Made by a program: the position numbers and the translations under genes. The notes beneath the pieces are model-generated. The model did no database searches and was not told where the DNA came from. It saw only the letters and a program-made list of their open reading frames with translations. This document shows, piece by piece, positions 50,999 to 64,000 of a DNA stretch of 64,000 bases (positions are counted from its first letter, which is position 1; each line of letters opens with the position of its first letter). The stretch spans positions 24,646 to 88,645 of the forward strand of contig NIVC01002913.1 of the NCBI GenBank assembly GCA_002269645.1. The letters are read 5' to 3'. Origin of the DNA: Macrostomum lignano. Its lineage: Eukaryota.

Positions 50999-52191
50999 CG
51001 CGAAAATCGAAGGCGAGGAGAGGCCAGCTGAGGAGCAACTCCGGGGACTCGCTCAGCTCGCAACTCACCCCTCCGGCTCCATCAAAATAGTGGCTGAATT
51101 TTTAATGGGCAAATTTCAAATTCCTTTTTTCCCTGGAAGTAGTGCACGGGGAGCTGAATGTGCAGTGCCGTGGGCCCCTCCCACTCCGGGAAAGAATTCT
51201 CTAGGGCTGCTCCTGCTCGACCAAGGAGACTTGTGCTGCACTTTTTTTCTTTCTTCTCCATCATCGCTTGAGCAGTCTTGTTGTCATGCTTTCTGCGAAC
51301 TTTCTGCGAACTTTAGTCTCCGGTCTGTAACTAGGCCAGGAAGTCAGTCCCGCATTACTCGTATTTGGCCGATTTTGGTTAATTATTAATGCTACAGATT
51401 CTGGTAAAAATCTTGGACTTTTTTGCCTCGCAACCCTGCACGCCAGCTCTGCTTGTGTCGGAGTGCTTATCATCTCACTGTCTTGCGTCTCCCGCCTCTT
51501 CGCTTCTATCAATCTGGCGCATTCGATTCAGCCTCTTCTTCATCAGCTCGTCCTTTCCCAACCCCAAAATAATATATGTTCCCCCAATGGTTGACGTCCC
51601 GGCCTCGCCCTCTCCTTTACTGCCACCCTCCAAAGCGACTGACCCCCGCTGGGAGCGGAGGCTCCGGCAGCCCTGTGGCCGTTTCTGAAATAAACTGCCC
51701 ATCCGACTTCTTGAAAACGAAGGCTGATGATTCTGTTCCCATTCTTGGGAACTTTTTCCTCCCTTCTTCTCTTCCCCTCCTCTTGGTTTACGAGCGAACA
51801 CCCCCTAGCCGTACTAGAAAATAGTTGCTGTGTGCTAAAAAGTTCGATGTTGGCAAACGGCAGACGGCTTCATCTGTAGTGCAGTGTGTGCTCAGCCGCC
51901 AGGCACTCCCCAATTCTAGTCCCTCTTTGGAAATCGATTTGGCCGCTGTGGAGGAAGCGGTTATTAGGAAGTGGGATTTTTCCCCGCTGTTACAAAGTTC
52001 GGCCACTAGTTTCTTCCCCTGGGGCCGCTGGCTGGGTAATCGAGGACTTGGGCTGCCCCCAGTGCCTGTCTGCAGACATGGCCTTATCTACTGCAGTATT
52101 TTTCCGCTTTTCAGATATGCTCCAGTTGGTTAAAACAAATTTATTCAGAAAAATTTTCTTATAAAATACAGACAATATTCACTATTTATCG

Positions 52192-52500
52192 TGCACTCAG
52201 TCTCACTAGCAATCTCACTCTCTCTCATCTCCCATCACTCAGTCTCACTAACAAGCTCACTCTCTCTCTTCTCCCATCACTCAGTCTCACTAGCAATCTC
52301 ACTCTCTCTCATCTCCCATCACTCAGTCTCACTAGCAATCTCACTCTCTATCTTCTCCCATCACTCAGTCTCACTAGCAATCTCACTCTCTCTCTTCTCC
52401 CATCACTCAGTCTCACTAGCAATCTCACTCTCTCTCTTCTCCCATCACTCAGTCTCACTAGCAGTCTCACTCTCATCCCTCATCACTCAGTGTCACTCTA
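52192..52500. repeat. 42-bp minisatellite (CACTCAGTCTCACTAGCAATCTCACTCTCTCTCTTCTCCCAT), ~7 copies
   Basis: 14-aa periodicity in ORF 52191-52601. Confidence 0.92.
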
Positions 52501-53067
52501 ATCTCACTCTCATTCACTATCTCTCACAATCTCACTCTGACTTTCATCCACTATCTCTCCTAATCTCAATTTCTACTACTATCTTTCAATCTTATTCTTA
52601 GCTCGTAATTTCTCTAATTAATCTCACCTACTATGTGCAGCACACTCTCAATCTATCTCAGTCAAGTCTCCAGTTCTTGCTTTTGCAGCCTATACTGTAC
52701 TTTATATTTTTCACTAATTGCAACAGAGGACACTAGGCAGAGAATAGCTACCCTCACCCGCCACAAAAGTCACTTAAATTCACGCTTCACACACGGAGCA
52801 ATTAGTAAGTCTATCAAGGAGGCTTCTTCACTCTATAACAATCATTCATGTCCAATCACCATCAAAGCCAGCGTGAACTCTCATCATCCTTGTCGAGCTT
52901 TTCGTGTTTGCACTTGCGCGTTGTGTGGAGTGCTTCCATCATTTTAGGATGGAGCTCTATAATTAGGGAAAGCTCCCATTTTCACTTTTAGCTTCTATTC
53001 TCTTGTCCTTACAATACGCTGGTCTCGTAAACAAATATCTTTCTCCTTCCAAGCAAAATTCCCTACA

Positions 53068-53177
53068 AGCGTGCAGGATTGATTATGTCTATGGTAAATC
53101 TCTCCCAGAGCGTGCAGGATTGATTATGTCTATGGTAAATCTCTCCCCAGAGCGTGCAGGATTGATTATGTCTATGG
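53068..53177. repeat. ~43-bp tandem repeat, ~2.5 copies
   Basis: agcgtgcaggattgattatgtctatgg occurs three times. Confidence 0.85.
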
Positions 53178-54194
53178 CCTAGCTTCATATGAGCTCAAAA
53201 CCTCGCAATGCTCTCACTATCAGTTATATAAACACTCATCTAGCCAGATTAAAAAGTTACTTTTCTATATTTATGCGCTTTCCTAAACTGCTTCCTAATT
53301 TTGTCTGTGAGGCCACTGCCGTGATGCCGTACTTACATGTATGAGGCCTATATACAATGATCCTGTGGAGTCAAACGGACATCAACTGATCATGCCTGAT
53401 TATTTGGCAATCTCATACAGCCTGGGGAAGCAGCTGTACGGTTTCTGTGGGGAATATCTAGATAGGCGAAGATATCCTACGGATGTTATAATTGCTTTCA
53501 GCGGACAGAGGCAAAAGAAGAGCTGAGTGAAAGAGACCTCGCAAACTCGCTTGCCCGAACAGGGACTGGGAGGTGGCTTTGTCGTATTACAGAAAATTAT
53601 CTCAATTAGGACAAGCGTTCGACCTAGTTCCCAGCCAGCCATGCCAAAAACATTGGACCTTTTTCGGGCGGTCAGCCAAGTCTGCTTTCCCGAAGCAATT
53701 CACAGCAGCGCTTAGGCCCCCTGCCCCCCCCCCCTATTTTTTTGCTTTCACTTTGTAGTCCGTAGGTAAACACGCAGCGGCTCCTGGGTTATGGGCATCG
53801 AATGGCTGGCAGAGCGCTTCTGTGTATTCGGTGCTTGCAGCTTGGCAGCAAGCCGTTCGCCAAAGACGCCTGACGGAGAAAAAGATGGAGAGAGGGAGAG
53901 AGAGAGGCAGGAAGAGAAGGTCGCTATACAGTTATGCTCCAATATGCTGGCTCTAAATCTGGAGCCCAATAAGCCAACACAAACAGCCTGTTTGCGCTGT
54001 ACCGCACAGAGTTCTTCTGTTCAGCGATTGACTCTTTAAGAAGACATTGATGTAGATAGAGAGACTGGCGCAGTCAACAAACACAAACTTTGAGAGATGC
54101 ATTGTCTGGCTAATGTGGAGCACCGTATTTGCAATACAAGCTGTGCTGACCTGCTGTTCACAAAACAAGCATTATCAATAACTCACGAATGCTC

Positions 54195-54598
<404 letters not shown>

Positions 54599-55294
54599 AA
54601 TTTTCTTGTTAGTTACATTTAATGTATCTCTCTGCAAAAGCAAGCCATGAAGACAAAATAAGAAATGGGAAGAGGAAAATTTCTAGAAGAAGAAATAACA
54701 ATCCGATTCAGATCGCCCTCGGCAAGCGGCCCGGTCGCCGGGGGATTTGGGAGTCGCCATGAAGGAGTAATGCGCATCTTTTTGCGGGTCGCTGCCAGTC
54801 TTGCCCCAGCTAGAGCACTGCATGGGAAATCTATGCGCTCAGGCAGACTCTCTTTCTCATCTCAGCCGTTAGTAGCCGTTTGGGACTGTTTGAGCACCGG
54901 GTCTGTGAGAACCCACTCAGACCACCCCCCCCCCTGCTTCACGTTCCGCCATCGCAGAACTCTCTGCTCTGACAGTGAATTATGGATTTGCCCACAGTCC
55001 CATCTCTCCTGATCTGTATAATCAAAGAGGTCCAATCGAATAAAAATATTGTACATCAGATTGAATGGCTTTGAGCAGTCGGACTCAGATGATGAATATC
55101 AAGTACCCTGGCCAGCACGATTCGAGCCAATCATTTTCGTTCACCCGTCGGTCACGCCAGTGAGCCAGAAAGCTCTGCTGAACAGATAATCCAAAGACAG
55201 TTTAATTTTAGTCGGCAAGAACTTGTACTTTCCCGAGCCGCAAAAGTGCAGAGCATCACTGAGAGCAGATACCGACGGGAGCCGCTTATCTGTC

Positions 55295-55709
55295 TGACTG
55301 TCTCAGTGGCTGTTAGTGACTGTCTCAGTGGCTGTTAGTGACTGTTTTAGTGACTGTCTCAGTGGCTGTTAGTGACTGTTTTAGTGACTGTCTCAGTGGC
55401 TGTTAGTGACTGTTTTAGTGACTGTCTCAGTGGCTGTTAGTGACTGTTTTAGTGACTGTCTCAGTGGCTGTTAGTGACTGTCTCAGTGGCTGTTAGTGAC
55501 TGTCTCAGTGGCTGTTAGTGACTGTTTTAGTGACTGTCCCAGTGGCTGTTAGTGACTGTCTCAGTGGCTGTTAGTGACTGTCTCAGTGGCTGTTAGTGAC
55601 TGTCTCAGTGGCTGTTAGTGACTGTCTCAGTGGCTGTTAGTGACTGTCTCAGTGGCTGTTAGTGACTGTTTTAGTGACTGTCTCAGTGGCTTTTAGTGAC
55701 TGTCTCAGT
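55295..55709. repeat. 22-bp minisatellite TGACTGTCTCAGTGGCTGTTAG with 12-bp TGACTGTTTTAG inserts
   Basis: Visible directly. Confidence 0.95.
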
Positions 55710-55879
55710 GTATCAGTGCCCCGCCTGCCTGTCTAAACAAACACAGAGGGAAGGACTGTCGATCAGCCCGAATTCATAGCCGCGATCGCAGTGAATCAGC
55801 TCTCATAGCTTGTATATTTCTCAGCAGAGGTCGGCACATATCGGTCAGCAGAGCTAAAATCTCAAAGCTCTGAAGCTAC

Positions 55880-56505
55880 TCAGATCTTTTTGCTCAGAAT
55901 ACGCAGAGCAGTGGCCTCGAAGAACTTCAGCACCACCTGGACGTCCTGCTCGTCGACTTCGCCAGGCAGTCGCTCGGTCTCCAGCTCCTCTCTCTCCAGG
56001 CTGATCTCTCCAGTGCGCTTGTTTTGGATCACCAGCACGTCCCTGGCCAGCTTGAACGAGGCCCGGACCTCCAGCACCACCAAGTCGAAGTTTCCATCAT
56101 TCCTGACGAAGCCGTAGACGCAGATGTACTTGGTGTTCTCCGGGTCGCTGGCCGGGTTGAACAGCATCTTGTGCTCGAACCACTTGCCCGGCTCGGCCTC
56201 CTTGATCTGGTCGAACACCTTCTCCTTGATCTCCGCCTGGTCGGCCGGCGGAATGTCGAACCTCGGCACCATGATGTCGACGTACCTGTCGTAGAAGCTG
56301 GCCCGGAGACCATTCACCTTAGACAGGCTGGATGACTGGGAGAAGTACTCGTAGCCCTGGCCAACAATGCGCCCGATCACCTCGCTGGAGTTGCGCCGTT
56401 CCTCAACCAGACGGTCGACGGCGTCCAGACCCGAGATGGCCTTCCTGATGAGGCCACGCAGCGCCTCGTGCGACTCCTGAGCGCTGGCGCCCGACCAGGC
56501 CAGGG
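55880..56505 (-). CDS. Nested secreted protein of unknown family, exon 2
   Basis: Non-repetitive 208-codon open frame with strong GC3 bias. The supplied ORF starts at GTG with an in-frame TGA just upstream, so splicing is required. Acceptor ttttcccgcag at 56506-56507, phase 1. Confidence 0.88.
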
Positions 56506-56589
56506 CTGCGGGAAAACCGGAGTTGATGTCGGATTGCACAGTGCGAGTTCAGGCTTACAGATTCTGAATTCTTTGGGTTTACACAATTT

Positions 56590-57365
56590 TAGGATTAGAG
56601 ATTATCCAGGATTGGGGAATATTCAGGATTAGGGAATATATAAAAGATTAGGGAATATTCTGGATTAGGGAATATATAAGGAATTAGGGAATATTCTGGA
56701 TTAGGGAATATATAAGGGATTAGGGAATATATAAGGGATTAGGGAATATATAAGGGATTAGGGAATATATAAGGGATTAGGGAATATATAAGGGATTAGG
56801 GAATATATAAGGGATTAGGGAATATATAAGGGATTAGGGAATATATAAGGGATTAGGGAATATATAAGGGATTAGGGAATATATAAGGGATTAGGGAATA
56901 TATAAGGGATTAGGGAATATATAAGGGATTAGGGAATATATAAGGGATTAGGGAATATATAAGGGATTAGGGAATATATAAGGGATTAGGGAATATATAA
57001 GGGATTAGGGAATATATAAGGGATTAGGGAATATATAAGGGATTAGGGAATATATAAGGGATTAGGGAATATATAAGGGATTAGGGAATATATAAGGGAT
57101 TAGGGAATATTCTGGATGGGGAATATTCTGGATTAGGGAATATTCTGGATAGGGAATATTCTGGATTAGGGAATATTCGGGGTTAGGGAATATTCGGGGT
57201 TAGGGAAAAATTCGGGATTAGGGAATATTCGGGATTGGGAAAAATTCGAGATTAGGGAATATTCGGGATTGGGGAATATTCGGGATTAGGGAATATTCGG
57301 GATTGGGGAATATTCGGGATTAGGGAATATTCGGGATTGGGGAATATTCGGGATAGGGAATATTG
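56590..57365. repeat. 19-bp telomere-motif satellite (TTAGGGAATATATAAGGGA)n with degenerate flanks
   Basis: Homogeneous core at 56701-57108. Flanks carry ttagggaatattc(t/g)gga variants. Confidence 0.97.
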
Positions 57366-58084
57366 GGAACTAGTAAACAGCGGACCCAGTTATTTTATGA
57401 TGAAATGAAACCATTTTTACGAGCTATATCACCCAATTTTGCTACACGCAGTTCAAAATGATACCCGCTAAGTGAAGCGAAATGCCTACACATTCGAGCT
57501 GTTCGCACACTGCTATCTTTTTTCGCCCTCCCTCGCTTTCCCTCTCGATTTTGTTTTCGGCTCCGCTTGGCAACACGGCTAACCGAAGCTTCGTCCGGAT
57601 AAATTCGTCCTGCCAACTTCGCTTAAAACTGCGGGCCCAGTGCTTGGCCGCGGGAGCATTGCGTAGGGAAGACAGGGTGCAACTTCTTATATAGTTACAA
57701 GCTTTAGTCCTCGGAGAGGCAGAACCGCTTTAGAAAAAGCAGAGGCGACACTTTTTCTGCCCCAAAGACCCCGGTCCTATCCTCCCAATGTTGGAACATT
57801 TTTCACTCGATATTCTCTCTCCCCCATCCACTAATTCTCTTAGGCTTCTGCATCTTTCTGGGTTTTTCAGTCTTCTTCTTTCGCCTCAATTATTTTCTTC
57901 TATTTTGTGCCCGCCTTTCTCAGCTCTCGTTCGGTAGCGAAATCAATTTTTGGGCATCTGACAGGGTCTGAATCGAGTTTTAATTAAATAAACTTGTTAA
58001 TTTGTTGCTAATATAGATAGTAATACTAGGAATTTAAAAAGAAATATAGAAAAATAACTAATATACCTAAACAACAGATTGTAC

Positions 58085-58800
58085 ATTATATACAATAAAC
58101 AAAAAACCAATCGACAAAAAATCGCAAACCACAGACAGCAAATTACAAACCACAGATGAGTAACAAACCACAAGACAACAAATCACAAAACAATTGACAA
58201 CAAATCACAAACCACAGACAACAAATCACATACCAATTGACAACAAATCACAAACCAATTGACAACAAATTTCAAACCAATTGACAATAAATCACAAACC
58301 ACAGACAACAAATCACAAACCACGGACAACAAATCACAAACCACAGACAACAAATCACAAATCACAGACAAAAAATCACAAACCACAGACAACAAATAAC
58401 ATACCAATTGACAACAAATCACAAACCAATTGACAACAAATTGCAAACCAATTGACAATAAATCACAAACCACAGACAACAAATGACAAACCACAGACAA
58501 CAAATGACAAACCACAGACAACAAATCACAAACCACAGACAACAAATCACAAACCACAGACAACAAATCACAAACCACAGACAACAAATCACAAACCACA
58601 GACAACAAATCACAAACCACAGACAACAAATCACAAACCAATTGACAACAAATTGCAAACCAATTGACAATAAATGACAAACCACAGACAACAAATCACA
58701 AACCACAGACAACAAATCACAAACCACAGACAACAAATCACAAACCACGGACAACAAATGACAAACCACAGACAACAAATGACAAACCACGGACAAATCA
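58085..58800. repeat. 21-bp minisatellite ACAAATCACAAACCACAGACA
   Basis: 7-aa periodicity of the ORFs here. Confidence 0.95.
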
Positions 58801-58811
58801 CAATAACTTAC

Positions 58812-58848
58812 CAAAGGCAAGGGCAAAAATCAGAGCGCAATACTTCAT
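58812..58848 (-). CDS. Nested secreted protein, exon 1 (signal peptide MKYCALIFALAF)
   Basis: aaaATG at 58848, 37 nt, consensus donor G|gtaagt (58811-58806). Joins to 56505 to give MKYCALIFALAFALAWSGASA|QESHE. Confidence 0.85.
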
Positions 58849-59478
58849 TTTGCTAGTAGAAGTTTTTCAATTTCAACAGACAATCGTAGAGTCCAGGGAC
58901 AACAAACAGCAAGACACGACTTCAGTAAAGTTGATTGCAGCGCAAATTTATGCTTGACTCCCGCCCAACTGCTCCCGAGCTTGCTTATCTCGCACCACTG
59001 CCTGCTCGATTCCCACATTTCGACATTTCCAGTTTTTTTGTCGTCAAGCATTTCTAAGACGTTTCTTCCGCTAACTTGAGCAGTTCAAATTGCTTTTTCT
59101 TGTCAGCGGGAAGATCGCGCGAGAAGTTTTTTTACATAATTCTGCCTCCACACCTGTCAGAGTCTGGGAGTCGTCTCAGCTGGTGCCTCCGGCTGTCATT
59201 CACAGCCAGGCGGCCCCTACCTGTCAACTACATGTTCTTCTTGCTGAGCTCCCCATTTCACCGGCGCTCTGGCATTCGGCGACAGGTGGCAACAAATGTC
59301 ACTGCTGGCAATTGTGTTATTGATGGCTGGCGTTTGGCGCGTTCTGTAATGTCTGTTCTGTCTAATATTTGTCCATTCTGTAACCCTGCATGCATACATT
59401 TCTTTGCATTTTTGAGTCGGTCTGTCCGTCTGTCTATGTGTCTTAGTGTCTTAGTGTCTTAGTGTCTTAGTGTCTTTG

Positions 59479-59933
<455 letters not shown>

Positions 59934-60656
59934 ATCTGTCTTTCTTACTTCCTCACTCGTATGATTGCTTCTTTCCCACAGTCTAGTAAAGCCAAGCCTA
60001 GACTCTTTTCTCAGGTCGTTTTTTGCCATAGTGTTCCGAGAAACATGGAGAAAGCAGGGGTTTTTACGCCAAAATCAACTTGATATCAGAAATGTTAGTC
60101 TGATTTTGTCATTCGAAGCCTTAGTCACAAATTTTTACTTCAAGTTTTCTTTGAATGTCCACTAATTTTGCTCCACCGCGGATTCAATTGCTTTCTTTTT
60201 TTCCTCTAGCATTGCTTGCCTCTATCCCGCCTACTTAATTACTGCTTATTTAGTTTGCAAGGAACTTTTGAACTTTTTTGCCAGTTCTCTGCCGTCTGCG
60301 CGGTTTGCCAGAAACGGTGATTACTTCTGGCTCGTGTTCTCCCGTTCCACACGCACCCTTCGCCAGCTTCAAGGCTGTCTGCTGCATCAGCGAATAAAAG
60401 TGCTTCCTCCGGGGGGGATTTTCCAGGTGCAGCGATCCCCAAAGCCGGAATATTTTTTAGCACCTCTCCTCTTCCAGTCTTGAATAAATCTATTCCGACG
60501 GACAGACTGGCCGAAAGAAGCTTGATTGACGGCTTTGGATGCAGAGTTAAATTGATTGGATTACCGAAATGCGCGGCTGCTGGCGTCAGTCTGATAGCGC
60601 ACTGGCACTGGGCTGCTAGCGCGAATGGCCTGCTTGACTTCAAAGGCTAAAAACAC

Positions 60657-61426
60657 TTTGAGCACAGTCAGTATTTGAGCACAGTCAGTATTTGAGCACA
60701 GTCAGTATTTGAGCACAGTTAGTATTTGAGCACAGTCAGTATTTGAGCACAGTCAGTATTTGAGCACAGTCAGTATTTGAGCACAGTCAGTATTTGAGCA
60801 CAGTCAGTATTTGAGCACAGTCAGTACTTGAGCACAGTCAGTATTTAAGCCCAGTCAGTACTTAAGCACAGTCAGTACTTTAGCTTAGTAAGTATTTGAG
60901 CACAGTCAGTACTTGAGCACAGTCAGTATTTGAGCACAGTCAGTACTTGAGCACAGTCAGTATTTGAGCACAGTCAGTATTTGAGCACAGTCAGTATTTG
61001 AGCACAGTCAGGATTTGAGCACAGTCAGTATTTAAGCACAGTCAGTATCTGAGCACAGTCAGTATTTGAGCACAGTCAGTACTTGAGCACAGTCAGTACT
61101 TGAGCACAGTCAGTACTTGAGCTTAGTCAGTATTTGAGCACAGTCAGTACTTGAGCACAGTCAGTATTTGAGCACAGTCAGTATTTGAGCACAGTCAGTA
61201 CTTGAGCACAGTCAGTATTTGAGCACAGTCAGTGCTTTTGCTGTTTCTCTGAATGTCCGGGTTTGTTATTCCGAACGTATTTACGAACGTTATTACGCTC
61301 GTAGTATTGTCTCTAGTTTGCTATAGCCATTTACGACAATAATCTGATCCAACTTGAGCACACTCAGTACTTGAGCACAGTCAGTATTTGAGCACAGTCA
61401 GTACTTGAGCACAGTCAGTATTTGAG
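60657..61426. repeat. 17-bp minisatellite TTGAGCACAGTCAGTAY, interrupted at 61232-61352
   Basis: Period 17. A non-repetitive insert matches 62983-63071. Confidence 0.95.
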
Positions 61427-61789
61427 TCATTTTTCCAGGGAAACTCCTACAGGAACATTCGATTGGGACTCGAACGAAAAACGAACCATGGAAATTCGAG
61501 AAATTTGACAAAGCCGAAATGCATGTTCGTGACTGAGGCTCAAGCGCAAAAATTTTGTGAATGAATTTGGATAGATAAAGGGCGAGGCAGTTCCGAGCGG
61601 CCAGAACACGCGATGCCTCATAGCCTCAAATCTCATCCTGGAGCTCCCAGTCATATGAGCAACCCACCAGTGGGGGCGGGGATTAATTGCTATTCCTAAA
61701 GATCCCTCTTCCCCAAAAATAGAGTTCGTGCTGGAAAAGAACGCGTCAGGGATTCGAAAAGCTCAAAGAGCTCAAAGAGCATGGCTGAT

Positions 61790-62345
61790 ATGGAGTGCGG
61801 AGTGAGGTGCGAAGTGAGGTAGATGTGGAGTGGGGTGGTTGCGGAGTGGGGTGAGTGCAGAGTGAGGTAGTTGCGGAATGAGGTTGGTGCGGAGTGAGTT
61901 AGTTGCGGAATGAGGTGGTTGCGGAGTGAGGTTGGTGCGAAGTGAGGTTGGTGCGGAGTGAGGTTGGTGCGGAGTGAGGTTGGTGCGGAGTGAGGTTGGT
62001 GCGGAGTGAGGTTGGTGCGGAGTGAGTTAGTTGCGGAATGAGGTGGTTGCGGAGTGAGGTTGGTGCGAAGAGAGGTTGGTGCGGAGTGAGGTTGGTGCGG
62101 AGTGAGGTTGGTGCGGAGTGAGGTTGGTGCGGAGTGAGGTTGGTGCGGAGTGAGGTTGGTGCGGAGTGAGGTTGGTGCGGAGTGAGGTTGGTGCGAAGAG
62201 AGGTTGGTGCGGAGTGAGGTTGGTGCGGAGTGAGGTTGGTGCGGAGTGAGGTTGGTGCGGAGTGAGGTTGGTGCGGAGTGAGGTTGGTGCGTAGTGAGGT
62301 TGGTGCGGAGTGAGGTGGGTGCAGAATGAGGTGGGTGCAGATTGG
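61790..62345. repeat. 16-bp G-rich minisatellite GTGAGGTTGGTGCGGA
   Basis: Visible directly. A related array lies at 63072-63540. Confidence 0.93.
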
Positions 62346-62484
62346 GGTGGCGTGGATGAGATGTGCGTAGCAAACACAATTGTACTTTTTAGGAATATTA
62401 GAAACAGTTACTGCTTTTAAGGAGCAAGCAAACGCATACCATATTGAAATCTGCTAATCCGCACCAAATCTGCTTTCTCTTCAG

Positions 62485-62933
62485 CACCGGAGATCATCCA
62501 AGGCAAGGGCTACAACCGCGCTGTAGATTACTGGGCCCTCGGGGTTCTAATCTACGAAATGCTGGTCGGCACTCCCCCGTTCTACGACGACAATCCGATG
62601 CAGATCTACCAGAAGATTCTGTCCGGCAAGTTCGACTTTCCTCGTGACAGTCCGGTGGATCCGGTCGCTCGCGACATTGTCCGCAAACTGCTGGTGCAGG
62701 ACCGCACCAAGCGGCTGGGCAATATGAAGAGCGGGCCAGACGATGTCCGCAACCATCGCTGGTTCAAGGGAGTCAACTGGCTGGACGTGGAGCTGCGCAA
62801 GATGGCGCCCCCCATTGTGCCCCAGGTGCAGCATCCCGGGGATACGCGCTGCTACGATGTCTACGACGAGCAGGATTGGAAGAAGGTGCCGTCAGCTAGC
62901 GCCGCGGGCCAGGAGCACTTCAGAGATTTTTAA
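62485..62933 (+). CDS. PRKX: PRKX-type kinase, exon 2
   Basis: Acceptor tttctcttcag (62484) restores G|CA = A of APE. Encodes APEIIQGKGYNRAVDYWALG...PPFYDDNP..IYQKIL...DRTKRLGNMK.G..DV..HRWF and a C-terminal FRDF hydrophobic motif. Join gives 359 aa. Confidence 0.95.
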
Positions 62934-63071
62934 AAATATCCCATTGGTTCTGTCACCCTGTCTGTGCTGTTTCCGAGCCCGTGTGCTTTTGCTGTTTCTC
63001 TGAATGTCCGGGTTTGTTACTAGTATTGTCTCCAGTTTGCTATAGCCATTTACGACAATAATCTGATCCAA

Positions 63072-63540
63072 AATGAGGTAGGTGCGAAGTTTTGTTGGTG
63101 CGGAGTGAGGTAGGTACGGAGTGAGGTGGTTTCTGAGTAGGTGGTTGCGGAGTGAGGTGGGTGCGGAGTGAGTGGGTACGGAGTGAGGTGGTTTCTGAGT
63201 GGTGTGGTTGCGGAGTGAGGTGGGTGCGGAGTGTTGTGGTTGCGGAGTGAGGTGGGTGGGGAGTGAGGTAGGTGCGGAGTGAGGTAGGTGCGAGTGAGGT
63301 GGGTGCGGAGTGAGGTGGGTGCGGAGTGAGGTGGGTGCGAAGTGAGGTAGGTACGGAGTGAGGTGGTTTCTGAGTAGGGTGGTTGCGGAGTGAGGTGGGT
63401 GCGGAGTGAAGTGGGTACGGAGTGAGGTGGTTTCTGAGTGAGGTGGGTGCGGAGTGGTGGTTGCAGAGTGAGTGGGTGGGGAGTGAGGTAGGTGCGGAGT
63501 GAGGTGGGTGGGGAGTGAGGTGGTTTCGGAGTTGGGTTGG
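63072..63540. repeat. Degenerate 16-bp G-rich minisatellite (same family as 61790-62345)
   Basis: gtgaggt(a/g)ggtgcgga units. Confidence 0.9.
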
Positions 63541-64000
63541 TGCTGGGAGAAGTAGTTCTACCGAATCTTCTACCGACTAGCTTAGTCACTAGAAAAGTAG
63601 AAAATAATTTCAAATTAGGAAAAACGGCAAAACTTCACTCCTACAGTGTGTGCTAAGTCTGAGATTCAGACTAATACAAATTCTACACGTTTGTATGTGT
63701 GCTGCTTTGTGAATGCCTCACTAGCTCTGTAAAATATCCCCAGAATTCCCTCGAATGCGCCACTGTGCACGGCTGCGTATTTAACTGTAAATTTTCCCTA
63801 TTTTGTTCTTAGAAATGTCACAAAACTTTGTTTGCATTGGAATCAACCCCTGTCCTCCCCCGAAACCACCAGTGCCCAAACGTTATTCTGTTCCATTGTA
63901 GAATCACAGGACATCTGTCCCATCACTAGATAGCATGTGACTACTGTTGCTTGATTATCGTGTGTGAATCAGATTTAACTGCAAAGCTGAGAGCTCGATG

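Noticed and set aside
51261-51801. Minus-strand ORFs (…GKDELMKKRLNRMRQIDRSEEA…) in the PRKX intron
   Set aside because: No convincing splice sites, start codon or recognisable motif.

Overview
Repeat-rich eukaryotic (invertebrate animal) genomic DNA with spliceosomal GT-AG introns and GC3-rich exons. A free-living flatworm such as Macrostomum is my inference from the overall style and is not provable here. Four protein-coding genes can be reconstructed by hand. (1) A 129-aa neuropeptide precursor (+, join 18879-18948,19089-19408) releasing six amidated x3-4-WSSSFamide peptides that I cannot assign to a named family. (2) A divergent Mint/X11/lin-10 adaptor with PTB and 2 PDZ domains (-, 31151 to at least 33883, with four more phase-compatible exons up to 45543). 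(3) A PRKX-type cAMP-dependent kinase (+, join 49717-50347,62485-62933). (4) Nested antisense in the 12.1-kb PRKX intron, a 220-aa secreted protein of unrecognised family (-, join 58848-58812,56505-55880). Most of the rest is repeats: an ~11-kb array of ~1.22-kb units each carrying (TTAGGG)3; three copies of a ~2.2-kb non-autonomous Helentron/Helitron2-like element that targets CTAG^T and has inserted into itself to make a ~4.2-kb palindrome; three hAT MITEs with 8-bp TSDs each nested in an older repeat; a tRNA-derived CORE-SINE; a second SINE-like family; a foldback element; a Tc1 transposase relic; and more than 15 unrelated mini/microsatellites. No rRNA, true tRNA or CRISPR. Exon models were built by eye from splice signals and phase and need RNA support.
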